From positions 3,942 through 67,941 of the forward strand of contig JAJRRM010000124.1 in the NCBI GenBank assembly GCA_024279475.1: DNA of 64,000 nucleotides, given 5' to 3'. This document shows, piece by piece, positions 10,691 to 22,944 of this stretch (within the stretch, counting starts at the first letter, position 1; each line of letters opens with the position of its first letter). Under the pieces are notes generated by a model. That model was not told the DNA's origin. It did not search any database and saw only the letters and a list, made by a program, of their open reading frames with translations. This DNA comes from Alphaproteobacteria bacterium (GTDB taxonomy: Bacteria; Pseudomonadota; Alphaproteobacteria; 16-39-46; JAJRRM01). The position numbers and the translations under genes are program-made.

Positions 10691-11298
10691 GCTGCCAGAT
10701 TGCAAGAAGAGGCAGGTTTTTTACTGTATTCCCAAACAGTAGCCGGAGGGAAATTAAAGAGTTCTCTACCTAAGAGTTGAGCATGAAACCCAAACTTTTC
10801 TACTTTAATAGGGCTTTTCCAAAGAAGATAACTAAACTGAAGAAACTTACCATTTTCTGGTAGAATTATTTCAATAGATTTCAAGATATTATAACTTACT
10901 TTTTTTGGAAGAGAGACAAAAGGCAAGCCAGAGACGATAGTAGAGATTTTTCCCTTTGTATAGTCGGGTAATATTTCTTGAAGGTTTTGAGCATCACCTT
11001 GAATGATAGTAAGCTGAGGAAATTTTCTACGAAGATGTTTTATAAGACTTTTATTTATTTCTACTAGAATAAGATTTTTAGCAGGAATGCCGGTTTTTAA
11101 AAGCCCTTGTGTGAGAGTTCCTGTTCCTGCTCCTATTTCAATAACATAGCTATCTTGAAGCTTAATATGTTTCCCCATGAGTTTTCCAATAGCCGGCGAA
11201 CTGGGTATAATAGACCCCATGGCGCGCGGATTTTTAACCCAACTTTTCAAAAAAGAAAAACGCTCTTTAAGAGTGTATAAAGGGCTTTGTTTTTTCAT
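10687..11298 (-). CDS. class I SAM-dependent methyltransferase (size and motif fit a phospholipid N-methyltransferase-like protein)
   Basis: 203 aa; motif I VIEIGAGTGTLT; 4-bp overlap with the upstream MFS gene. Confidence 0.55.
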   Translation of the reverse strand: MKKQSPLYTLKERFSFLKSWVKNPRAMGSIIPSSPAIGKLMGKHIKLQDSYVIEIGAGTGTLTQGLLKTGIPAKNLILVEINKSLIKHLRRKFPQLTIIQGDAQNLQEILPDYTKGKISTIVSGLPFVSLPKKVSYNILKSIEIILPENGKFLQFSYLLWKSPIKVEKFGFHAQLLGRELFNFPPATVWEYSKKPASSCNLAA

Positions 11299-11336
11299 AA
11301 AGATTGCTTATTTGTGTTTATAAAATATAGATTTTA

Positions 11337-11599
11337 CTAACTATAGGGATGTATACATAAAAGGCAATGATTATTATTGAAATAGGCATGACCCCTTTTA
11401 ATAGAAAAAATTTTAAAAGGGGTAGAATCGTCTTTTTTTGTATATATTTTAATTTCCCCTTTTTTTAGACCCGTTATATAGGATGCATAATGAGGCATAA
11501 ACCCTAAATTTCCTAAAATACCAGGTACAGTTATAAGGAAAGCACTACCCTCATAAAGCATTTTATCTTCCTGGGAAATTATAAAAGTAAAGGAGGGCA

Positions 11600-11600
<1 letters not shown>
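11337..11600 (-). CDS. atpC: F0F1 ATP synthase subunit epsilon (short, 87 aa)
   Basis: Sits immediately downstream of atpD with overlapping stop/start; only the N-terminal beta-sandwich-like part is present, and the C-terminal helical hairpin appears absent. Confidence 0.55.
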
Positions 11601-13953
<2,353 letters not shown>

Positions 13954-15442
13954 TCTAATTTTTTTTCAATTTCTTTCGTTATTTTTTTTTCTTTTTGTAT
14001 GGATTTTATAATATCAGGATGATCTGATTTAATTTTCTGCAGATATTCTATTTCAAAGCGAGTAATATCTTTAATAGAAATTGTGTCTAAGTATCCTCGA
14101 GCACCGGAAAAAATAGAAAGGACTTCATCTTCTAAAGACATAGGAGAATATTGTGGTTGTTTGAGAATTTCTGTAAGGCGAGCTCCCCGCTCTAGTAATT
14201 GTTTTGTAGAAGCATCCAAATCTGAAGAAAACTGAGAGAAGGCAGCTATCTCGCGATATTGTGCAAGGTCTAGCTTAATTTGGCCAGCTACTTGCTTCAT
14301 AGCTTTTGTTTGCGCAGCAGAGCCTACACGGCTTACAGATAAACCAACATTGATAGCGGGTCGAATACCTTTATAAAACAAGTCTGTTTCCAAAAAAATT
14401 TGTCCATCAGTAATGGAAATAACATTTGTAGGAATATATGCCGATACGTCCCCATCTTGTGTTTCAATAACGGGGAGAGCAGTGAGAGAACCCCCTCCTT
14501 CTTTGTCACTTAATTTCGCTGCGCGTTCAAGAAGGCGCGAGTGAATATAAAAAACATCTCCAGGATAAGCTTCACGCCCTGGCGGACGTCGCAACAAGAG
14601 AGACATCTGGCGATAAGCGACAGCTTGCTTAGATAGATCATCGTACATGATGAGAGCATGCATACCATTATCTCGGAAATATTCTCCCATGGCACAACCA
14701 GAATAGGGAGCTAAGAACTGTAAAGGAGCAGGTTCTGATGCTGTAGCGGCTACTATAATACTATATTCCATAGCGCCAAAATCTTCTAAAGTTTTAATAA
14801 GTTGTGCTACAGAAGAGCGTTTTTGCCCGATAGCCACATAAATACAAAAAAGTTTTTCATTATCGGGAGCTTTGTCATTTATTTTTTTTTGATTAAGGAT
14901 AGTATCTACTAAAATAGCTGTTTTACCTGTTTGTCTGTCACCAATAATAAGTTCGCGTTGTCCGCGTCCAATTGGTACGAGCGCATCAATGGCCTTTATG
15001 CCTGTGGACATGGGCTCTGAAACAGATTGACGAGGAATAATACCAGGAGCTTTCATATCAACAAGAGCTCTTTTAACATTTTTAAGAGGGCCTTTTCCAT
15101 CTATAGGATTTCCCAAAGCATCCACGACACGACCTAAGAGGCCTTTTCCAACAGGTACATCTACGAGGTGTCCAGTGCGGCGTACAGTCTCACCCTCTAC
15201 GATGAGACGATCTCTTCCCAGAACAACTATACCAACATTATCAGTTTCTAGATTTAGGGCAATTCCTTTAACACCAGATTCAAATTGAACAAGCTCTCCA
15301 AATTGAACTTTATCCAGTCCATAGATACGAGCAATACCGTCGCCTACGGATAAAACTTGACCAACTTCTTCTAGGTTTGTTTTAAAAGTAAAATCTTTAA
15401 TTTGTTGTTCTAAGATAGAGGAAACTTCAGAGGCATTAAGTT

Positions 15443-15994
15443 TCATGCAGTAGTTCCTTCAATATGTTGAGTTAAGAGTGATAGTTTGTGAGACCAGGAA
15501 TTATCAATCAAGAAATCACCAGCATAAATTTTTAGACCCCCCAGTAGGGCAGAGTCGATAGAAAAATTGGGCATAATCTTTGCATCAAATGCGTTTGAAA
15601 AGTGCTCAATCAAGTCTTTTTGTTTAGTTTGGTTAATAGGTTCGCAAGTAATAAATTTTATAGGAATTAATCCACTTTGTATAGCCTCTAAGACTAAGTA
15701 AGCACGAATAATAGCTAACAGAAACCCCATGCGATTATATTTTTCTAGGGTTTTCAACAAGTTTAAAACAAGAGGATGAAGATCTTTTGACAGCTCTTTT
15801 TCTAAAAGAGAAATTTTCTCTAAAGGTCCTAAAGTTGGGTTATTTAGAGATATTTTAAGAGATTCATTGTTGCAAGACTTATCCATAATCTTTAGGAGTT
15901 GTTTTTTAACAGCAACAGCAGATTTTTTCTCCATAACGACTTTTAGAAATGAAGAGGCATAAGTATGCACGATAATAACGATATCTGTTTTCAC
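15443..15994 (-). CDS. atpH: F0F1 ATP synthase subunit delta (OSCP)
   Basis: 183 aa; position upstream of atpA within the atpHAGDC arrangement typical of alphaproteobacteria. Confidence 0.75.
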   Translation of the reverse strand: MKTDIVIIVHTYASSFLKVVMEKKSAVAVKKQLLKIMDKSCNNESLKISLNNPTLGPLEKISLLEKELSKDLHPLVLNLLKTLEKYNRMGFLLAIIRAYLVLEAIQSGLIPIKFITCEPINQTKQKDLIEHFSNAFDAKIMPNFSIDSALLGGLKIYAGDFLIDNSWSHKLSLLTQHIEGTTA

Positions 15995-16128
15995 AACAAA
16001 AAAATTACCCTTTTATTAAACTGCATTATACACCCTTTTTTAAATAAGGGAAAATCTTATTTCTGGCTATGGGGCTAGAAATTCCTCATTGACCTGATTT
16101 TGACTTTCCGCTAGATTGACAAAACTAT

Positions 16129-16202
16129 TGGGAGATAGTTTAGCGGTAGAACTCTCGGCTCTGGACCGGGCAACTCTGGTTCGAATCCAGGTCTCCCAGC
16201 CA
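16129..16202 (+). tRNA. tRNA-Gln (anticodon CTG)
   Basis: Cloverleaf folded by hand: acceptor TGGGAGA/TCTCCCA, T-loop GGTTCGAATCC, anticodon loop CTCTGGA, 3' CCA encoded. Confidence 0.7.
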
Positions 16203-16207
16203 ACTTC

Positions 16208-16558
16208 TTATAATATAGGCACTCTATTTTCACCTACCCTTGATGGATGATCTTGAAAAACTTTATAACTAGCAGTTAATGCTCTTCCATGAGACTCTCT
16301 TTCTCTACTGCTTTCTTCTCTAAGAACCTTTAGCTCCCTTCTATAAGTTTTATAAGGGAGTGAATTTTCTTGAAAAAGAGAGGATTCTTTCTCTTTGAGA
16401 TCAATTTCTTCCTTAAAAGCAAAATCATGTTCTAAAGATTTCTCTAGGTTCGCAAGTTGCATTTTAAGGGAAGCACCTCTTTTCTTGTGAGCAGCTATCT
16501 GTTCTCCAAAAGGGCTCTGTTGAAAAAAAAATGATAAATCTCTCAACCTTGTTATCAA
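16208..16558 (-). CDS. hypothetical protein (116 aa)
   Basis: ORF only; charged coiled-coil-like composition; lies directly beside the tRNA at the island edge. Confidence 0.3.
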   Translation of the reverse strand: MITRLRDLSFFFQQSPFGEQIAAHKKRGASLKMQLANLEKSLEHDFAFKEEIDLKEKESSLFQENSLPYKTYRRELKVLREESSRERESHGRALTASYKVFQDHPSRVGENRVPIL

Positions 16559-16842
16559 GAAGGCTTTAGAAGCATATCTGCATGAGTTTATAAGAGCTTT
16601 TTGTATAACCTGCTAACATATTTTGTCCCTAAAACATTTTTAAGGACATAAAAGAATAGGGCTCTTCATTAGGTATTATCCTCAAATTTTATTATAGGTA
16701 TTAAATAATATTAATGATAGAATATATTACAACTATATAATGGTGGTGTATTATTATATTTAGAATTATTATCTCTCTTTTACTGTTATCTAATCCATAT
16801 ATCTCTTTTGGTGTAGACATTAATAGTTATTGGAATCAAGGT

Positions 16843-17802
16843 TTGAACTTTGTACTCGAGGAAGAAGAGGAAGAAGAGGACGGTGGCAGTGGCGGTGGCG
16901 GTGGCGGTGGAAAAAAAAGCTCCAGCGGGTCTTCAAGCGCAGCTTCTACTGTAAATATGAAAGGTATTACTCAAAAAATATCTGGTTTTGCAAATATGAG
17001 TGCAAAACAGATTAAATTCATAAAGAAGTTCCCAAAGTATAATAAAGGAGATACAACAAATGTTGCACGTGCTGCTGTAATTGCTGTTAAAAGTAACGGT
17101 GAAGATGTATTAAAAGCTTCAAGCTGTATCTATTTAAGTAAGTGGGACAGACTTACAAATAAATATGATGAAAAAATTCCACAAAAAAAAGATGAGGATA
17201 ATGGTGGCAGTAGCAGTAGCAGCGGGTCTTCAAGCTCAACCTCATCAACCTCTACTGCACAAAAGTATAATTTCTGTTCCACAGGAGATTATTATCCAGG
17301 AATGCAACGATCTCGTCTTAATGCGGTGTATCCAAAGCCACAAGGAAAACTTCAAAAGTCTACACAAAAATTTAATAAAGATTTTTTAACTATTAGAGGT
17401 AAATCTCTAGATGAAGATGTTGAATATGCTGCTCAATCGTACTCACATAGTGAGCAAGCTTATTTTTCTAATATTTTAAACTTAAAAACCCCTATTTTTC
17501 CATACAAATGGGGAGTTCCAAAAATGGTTATTCTAGTATTTGTATCCTATCACCCACCATGTGATAGCTGTTACAACTTTCTTAGTCGGTTATTTGAGAA
17601 TACATCCCTTAAAAAAGCATTCTTAAGAAAATATTTTGGCGTTTTTAACCAGGGGCCAAATGAGAAAAGAAAAACAGCAATGGATATAGATGTTTATCTT
17701 GACAATATACCTGTACATGTTGTATATGTATCAGTCGATTATATTGTTAAAGATTCAATTTCTTTAGGGGATAATCCCTATTTCATTTTTTCAAGGAGGT
17801 AA
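16843..17802 (+). CDS. hypothetical protein with poly-Glu and Gly/Ser low-complexity tracts
   Basis: 319 aa; TTG start in the ORF track; in-frame hydrophobic stretch upstream suggests a longer signal-peptide-bearing form; GGC/GGT trinucleotide repeat at 16880-16910. Confidence 0.45.
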   Translation: MNFVLEEEEEEEDGGSGGGGGGGKKSSSGSSSAASTVNMKGITQKISGFANMSAKQIKFIKKFPKYNKGDTTNVARAAVIAVKSNGEDVLKASSCIYLSKWDRLTNKYDEKIPQKKDEDNGGSSSSSGSSSSTSSTSTAQKYNFCSTGDYYPGMQRSRLNAVYPKPQGKLQKSTQKFNKDFLTIRGKSLDEDVEYAAQSYSHSEQAYFSNILNLKTPIFPYKWGVPKMVILVFVSYHPPCDSCYNFLSRLFENTSLKKAFLRKYFGVFNQGPNEKRKTAMDIDVYLDNIPVHVVYVSVDYIVKDSISLGDNPYFIFSRR

Positions 17803-17805
17803 TTT

Positions 17806-18153
17806 ATGAAATTAAATATTAATATTATTTTTCTGCTATCTATTTCTATGGTAGCTTTCTCGTGTAATGCTACAGCAGTTATTTTGACTGAAGATGAACT
17901 TGATGAGTATAGAAAGGATGTTCGTAATATAGAAACACAAATACAGAAAAATGTTTCTATAATAGAAGTACCTTCAACATTACCTCTAACTTCTGAGGAT
18001 AGAAATTTAACGATTATGCTTGGTAATATATATGATGATCTTGCATCGTATTATTCACATAGAGTAAATGAATTAGAAGAAGAAGGTCTTGAAAAACTTT
18101 TGGATCTTTATATAAAATTAAAGGAACAAAATTCTTATACGGTTATCCCATAG
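17806..18153 (+). CDS. hypothetical secreted/lipoprotein (115 aa)
   Basis: N-terminal signal peptide ending ..AFSC; 4-bp spacing to the upstream ORF suggests an operon. Confidence 0.4.
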   Translation: MKLNINIIFLLSISMVAFSCNATAVILTEDELDEYRKDVRNIETQIQKNVSIIEVPSTLPLTSEDRNLTIMLGNIYDDLASYYSHRVNELEEEGLEKLLDLYIKLKEQNSYTVIP

Positions 18154-18157
18154 TATT

Positions 18158-18345
18158 GGTCCTGTTGCAAAAATAAAATTAGATAAAAAGGTCTCGTTAT
18201 TTAGAGCAGTTTAACTCGTGTAAATACCGAAAGTTTGATTAATAAGACGTGCTTCTCCCATGACATTTTTTTCATGCATTCATGCCAGTAACTGACTTTT
18301 CTTAAACATACGCATTGTCTCAAAAAATAAGAGGCGCAAAAGTTT
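18158..18345 (+). mobile_element. IS6-family (IS26-like) remnant: terminal inverted repeat GGTCCTGTTGCAAAAATAAAAT plus about 180 bp of non-coding IS end
   Basis: Terminal repeat matches the IS26-type GGCACTGTTGCAAA; internal segment gtaaataccgaaagtttgattaataagacg recurs at 56.9 kb and, inverted, at 40.1 kb. Confidence 0.6.
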
Positions 18346-18400
18346 AAATTATATATAAAAACATATATACATTCATACATATATATAATAACATATAAGT

Positions 18401-18679
18401 ATGTCTAAAATATATGGAATTATAAAAGAGAGAAGAAAAACACTCGGCTTAACGCAGAAAGTCGTTAGTGAAAAACTTTCTATACCCCAAAGCCATTTCT
18501 CTAAAATAGAATCAGGCCTGTCTGACACAAGAATGTCAACTATTGTGGATATTTGCCGTGTTTTAGAGTTAGAAATGACTTTAGTGCCTAATAATAAGAT
18601 AAGAGTTGTAAGGGCTCTAATGGAAGACTCTTATGCTCGTATGGATAAGCCGGCATGGGTGCCTGATGAAGAGGCTTAA
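18401..18679 (+). CDS. hipB: XRE-family HTH antitoxin HipB-like
   Basis: 92 aa; HTH LGLTQKVVSEKLSIPQSHFSKIESG; 4-bp gap to the hipA-like gene. Confidence 0.7.
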   Translation: MSKIYGIIKERRKTLGLTQKVVSEKLSIPQSHFSKIESGLSDTRMSTIVDICRVLELEMTLVPNNKIRVVRALMEDSYARMDKPAWVPDEEA

Positions 18680-18682
18680 AAA

Positions 18683-19879
18683 ATGAAATCTGTATTAGAT
18701 ATTTTTTTGTATGAGGAAAAAATAGGGTCTATTAATTCACTCGGTGGTGAAAGGTCTATTTTTGTTTTTGATGACGACTATATTAAAGACAAAGATAGAA
18801 ACACCCTCAGTCAGTCATTTTATAATGTGCATGGAGAACTTATAACGAATACAAAGCCAACACATGTGCAGCTTTCCTCTTTTTTTTCAAACTTATTGCC
18901 AGAAGGGTCTTTAAGAGAGCTTGTTGCCAGAAAAAATGATATTAATTTAAAACGAGAATTTTGGCTAATGAGATCTCTTGGTGGAGACATGCCCGGTGCC
19001 GTTACGGCTCAGATAAATAATGAAGGTGAAACTCCTTCTAGCTTTGTTCATAGTGATAATAGTAGAGAAGAAGAAAATCTAAAGTTTTCACTAGCAGGGA
19101 TGCAGCTGAAATTTTCAACACTGATGGAGCCTTCAGGAAGGATCACCTTTCCTTCAAAAGGAATAGGAGGAGACTGGATTGTAAAGATGCCTTCTTATAC
19201 TTTTGACGGTGTTCCAGAAAATGAGTGGTCTATGATGCAATTGGCCCAGAAAATAGGGTTGGATGTTCCTAAAATAAAACTTTCGCCAACTTCTTCAATT
19301 TTCAATCTGCCTATATCGCGAAAAAAAAATCAGGAAGACTCCTTAGTTATTAAGCGTTTTGATCGTGAAGATGGTAAAAAAATACACATAGAAGATTTTG
19401 CACAAGTATTTGGTGTGTATCCAGCTAATAAGTATAAAAAAGTAAGTTATGGAAACATAGGTAAGATGATTTATGAGGTGGCAGAGGAATCTTCTTTTAT
19501 AAGGTTTATTAAACAGCTTATTTTATCTATTTGCATAGGAAATGCCGATTTACATCTAAAGAATCTCTCTCTTATTTACCCAAACAGAAAAGATGCACTT
19601 CTTTCGCCGGCTTATGATCTTGTCTCAACGATAGCTTATATAGATGACAAGAAGCTCGCTTTAACTTTATCTGGTGAAAAGGATATGACAAAAATAACGG
19701 TTGAACATTTTATTGAACTGGCTAACCGGGCGAATTTTCCTATTAAAAGGATGAAAGCCATTGTTCTAAAATCGAGCGAAGAAATAAGAGGTGTTTGGAA
19801 TAAAGAAAAAAAAGAGTTTCCAATGATAGACTCACATAAAAAACAGATAGATCGACATATGAAATTTATCAAAATTTAA
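18683..19879 (+). CDS. hipA: HipA-family serine/threonine kinase toxin
   Basis: 398 aa; catalytic motif IGNADLHLKNLSLIY matching the HipA D-x-H-x-K-N signature; upstream XRE partner. Confidence 0.78.
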   Translation: MKSVLDIFLYEEKIGSINSLGGERSIFVFDDDYIKDKDRNTLSQSFYNVHGELITNTKPTHVQLSSFFSNLLPEGSLRELVARKNDINLKREFWLMRSLGGDMPGAVTAQINNEGETPSSFVHSDNSREEENLKFSLAGMQLKFSTLMEPSGRITFPSKGIGGDWIVKMPSYTFDGVPENEWSMMQLAQKIGLDVPKIKLSPTSSIFNLPISRKKNQEDSLVIKRFDREDGKKIHIEDFAQVFGVYPANKYKKVSYGNIGKMIYEVAEESSFIRFIKQLILSICIGNADLHLKNLSLIYPNRKDALLSPAYDLVSTIAYIDDKKLALTLSGEKDMTKITVEHFIELANRANFPIKRMKAIVLKSSEEIRGVWNKEKKEFPMIDSHKKQIDRHMKFIKI

Positions 19880-20051
19880 TCATATGGTAGAAAAATTATG
19901 GAAAAAGTAGGAGAGGAAAGAAAATCTGTTTTAGATCAACCTAAAAAAAGGAGGCACAAAAAGTGATTTAATTTAGATAGAACGACTGATAAAGTTTACT
20001 AAGGAGTTTTTTTAAGGTCTATAAAAATTAGATTTATAGAGAACTATGGTG

Positions 20052-21410
20052 TTAAAATTTCTCTGGTATCCTTTTATATAGTTGTTCAGCAGTTATTTCA
20101 CGGTATTTTAGAAGTTCTGGAAGAGTTTTAGAGCATATATCTTGGGGGCAGTGATCTAAAATTGAATTTAAATCATTAACGCATAATGAAGCTATTAGAT
20201 TTTTAAAAGAATCTTTCCACACATTTTTTTTACCATATTTCTGATATAAACGACTTAATGAATGAAGCATTTCTAAAAAATTTTTATCTTTATTTTTTCT
20301 GATGGTGGATTCTGAAACACTATCAACCCATAATAGAGGAAATTCTACAATGGAATTAGGATTTTTCAAATTTGCAAGCACTAGGATTTCCATATCGAAA
20401 CATAAACCATGTTCAATCATTGGTTTGTTTATAATTTTTTCTAGAAAGCTGGATTTGAATGCCTTGAAACCAACCTGAGTATCCGTTACACTTAAACTAG
20501 GGAAAAAATTCTTCCAGAAATAATACCAAAGCTTTCCAGCATTAGAATTGGACTTTTGAGTGAGAGAAGGGTTCAATTTTCGACTTCCAATACTTACTTG
20601 AAAACCCTTATTGATTATCTGATTCACAGAAAACCCCACATTTCCTAGATGTGCAGAAAGGTCTGCATCAGTGTATAAAACGATATGTTCACTACCTTTT
20701 GGTTTGAATATATTATATTTTATAGCCTTCCATAAACCAAAATATACGGCCCCGCCCTTTTTACTGTCTTTTGTAGAGGAGATTGTTTTATTTGCTGGAC
20801 AGATAGAAGTATTCATTTTATTTAGCTTTATACAATCTTCTAAAAATTGTACGGATACTGGCCAGATTTTATTTGTATACTCTGAATATAGTTTTATAAT
20901 TTTTTTAGCATATTCTCCGCTTTTCAAGGGGCAGCCATCATCTATGATTTTCAAATCCCAAGAAAAGTTGGGACAATCAGAAAACCAATGAAGCTGTTTT
21001 ATTTTTTGACGAATAAAATCCTCTCCATTCGGATGTTCATTTCTAGATTTCATACGATTTATTTCTTTATAAATAGGAATAACTACTGTCACATGTACTT
21101 TTTTATCCAAGCTATATAAAAAAGACTTGGATTCGGCAAGTTTCTTAGCTAATGTTTCCGCATAAAAATTCAGAGCATTTATGTCCTGAATTTTTATACT
21201 TTCTTTTCCAAGTTTTTCTTTAAATATAACCTGGGCTCTTTTAAGGATTTCTTCCCCTAAAACTTCATCTGTCAAATCAATGCTATTATTACATAGTTTT
21301 TCTTTAATAGATGAATTTTCTCTTTTGTTTGTTTCCTCTATTATAAGAAAACAGGATAAACTTATTATTAAAAGTCCAATGAGTATTAAAGTTTTCTTAC
21401 TTAAATTCAT
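20052..21410 (-). CDS. family 2 glycosyltransferase with N-terminal signal/anchor
   Basis: 452 aa; VTVVIPIYKE nucleotide-sugar binding start; DXD motif YTDADLS; N-terminal hydrophobic segment. Confidence 0.6.
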   Translation of the reverse strand: MNLSKKTLILIGLLIISLSCFLIIEETNKRENSSIKEKLCNNSIDLTDEVLGEEILKRAQVIFKEKLGKESIKIQDINALNFYAETLAKKLAESKSFLYSLDKKVHVTVVIPIYKEINRMKSRNEHPNGEDFIRQKIKQLHWFSDCPNFSWDLKIIDDGCPLKSGEYAKKIIKLYSEYTNKIWPVSVQFLEDCIKLNKMNTSICPANKTISSTKDSKKGGAVYFGLWKAIKYNIFKPKGSEHIVLYTDADLSAHLGNVGFSVNQIINKGFQVSIGSRKLNPSLTQKSNSNAGKLWYYFWKNFFPSLSVTDTQVGFKAFKSSFLEKIINKPMIEHGLCFDMEILVLANLKNPNSIVEFPLLWVDSVSESTIRKNKDKNFLEMLHSLSRLYQKYGKKNVWKDSFKNLIASLCVNDLNSILDHCPQDICSKTLPELLKYREITAEQLYKRIPEKF

Positions 21411-21921
21411 ATTTAATCTCCCATACGTTGGGATAGAAAAGAACTATTTGTTGCTTTATTCACTGATTAATCCTGGTTCTAAGTCAATTGATCCATCATA
21501 TTTCTTTCAACCATTGACCAATTATAGTCAAACATCGGATTATGACCATTTCCCTTTCTATCCCAACGTATGGGAGATTAAATAAAACGTAGAAAAGTTC
21601 TTTGAATATTGTTTTCTGTTTCATTACTAATTGCTTTATGAAGAGTGTAAGAATCCATCATCATAATTTCAAAGGGTTTTTGTAATCTTTCTGCTTCCAC
21701 GGTCACTTTCTTTGATATGTAATTATAGTAATTATGCTTGAAGGGGTCTAAGTGGGAAACATCAACTGATTGCATATAAAATTCCGTTGGGGCAATGTTG
21801 CTTACAATAAAGCTAAAATCGGAATATACTCGTGGTATAATCCAAGGACTTTGGAAACCATCTGAATGTAAGTGACCTCTCCTTTGATACTTTCCTGGAG
21901 GAACATTTGATTGAGAGGAGC

Positions 21922-22944
21922 TTAAATAGCAGAAGTAATAATCTGCTTCTGGATTAAGAGAATGCCAATAGTTAGCAACTTTTGTACAGCTTCTTCGAAC
22001 TGAGATAATTCTAAAGGGAGCCTATAGTCAGTAAAGGGCATTTTTATAGGCATATTTTGTGATTGAGGAAAAGGCCCCCATTTGGAAAACAAATCTTCAT
22101 CCATAATAGTACCAATTGAAATTGGAGGGAATGGTCCTTCTCCAAATTTATTAGGGTTAAATGGTTTGTTAAGATTTTGAACTAAACTACTCTCTCTATC
22201 AATTTCTATTTTTAAAATTCTTGGTCTGACATGAACACCCTTATCTGAAAATACATGTTTTAAGGTAAGCGGGCAGATTTGTCCTTTCTGTCGAGCTGAG
22301 CAAATAGCATCTGGGGCGTCAGTATCATACCAACAATCAAGGATATCTGGTTGATCTCTCCATTGGCAGATAGATTTCCGCTGCTCTACAGGTTTGCTTC
22401 TACAACTCAAACCTGCAAGTTCAAAACCTGTTATTTTTCTGGAGAAAGTTGAAGAGATCACATCTAAGGGGCAATGAGATACAAGTGTTTCTACCATATG
22501 AACATTTTTTAAAGAACAAATTAAAAAATAAAACGAAGCTGTCCAGCTGTTTCTTTCCTTAGTAGCATCATATAAATCTATTAAATTTCTTAACTTATAA
22601 CCAAGGGTTTCCCCATCATCATTAATAATATGTGCCGTCATAGTGTCTATATTCTCATCAGAATATTGAGGAAAAATATTTCTTAAAATATATGCCCAAA
22701 GTTTTTTGGCCGTATCTTGTTTATCAGTATCTTTTAATTGTACAATAGAAGACGCTGTAGAAAGATTTCTATCTGCAATTTCGCTTTCTCTATCTTCTCC
22801 AAAGATTGTTAATGATAATATAGGTTCTTTTTCTCCTAAATCATCAGGAATTTTACCACTATCGTTAGATGCTAATGATATATTAACAGCCAGTATATTC
22901 AATAATAATAAAAATATTTTAAAATATGATTTTTGTTCTACCAT
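21922..22944 (-). CDS. hypothetical secreted protein (340 aa)
   Basis: Signal peptide; Cys-rich C-terminal half; 7-bp overlap with the upstream transporter gene suggests an operon. Confidence 0.45.
   Translation of the reverse strand: MVEQKSYFKIFLLLLNILAVNISLASNDSGKIPDDLGEKEPILSLTIFGEDRESEIADRNLSTASSIVQLKDTDKQDTAKKLWAYILRNIFPQYSDENIDTMTAHIINDDGETLGYKLRNLIDLYDATKERNSWTASFYFLICSLKNVHMVETLVSHCPLDVISSTFSRKITGFELAGLSCRSKPVEQRKSICQWRDQPDILDCWYDTDAPDAICSARQKGQICPLTLKHVFSDKGVHVRPRILKIEIDRESSLVQNLNKPFNPNKFGEGPFPPISIGTIMDEDLFSKWGPFPQSQNMPIKMPFTDYRLPLELSQFEEAVQKLLTIGILLIQKQIITSAI

Noticed and set aside
16830-17015. ORF 16830..17015 (RGRRGRRGRWQWRWRW..)
   Set aside because: It is an alternative frame of the GGC/GGT/GAA repeats inside the 16843..17802 ORF and therefore a low-complexity artefact.
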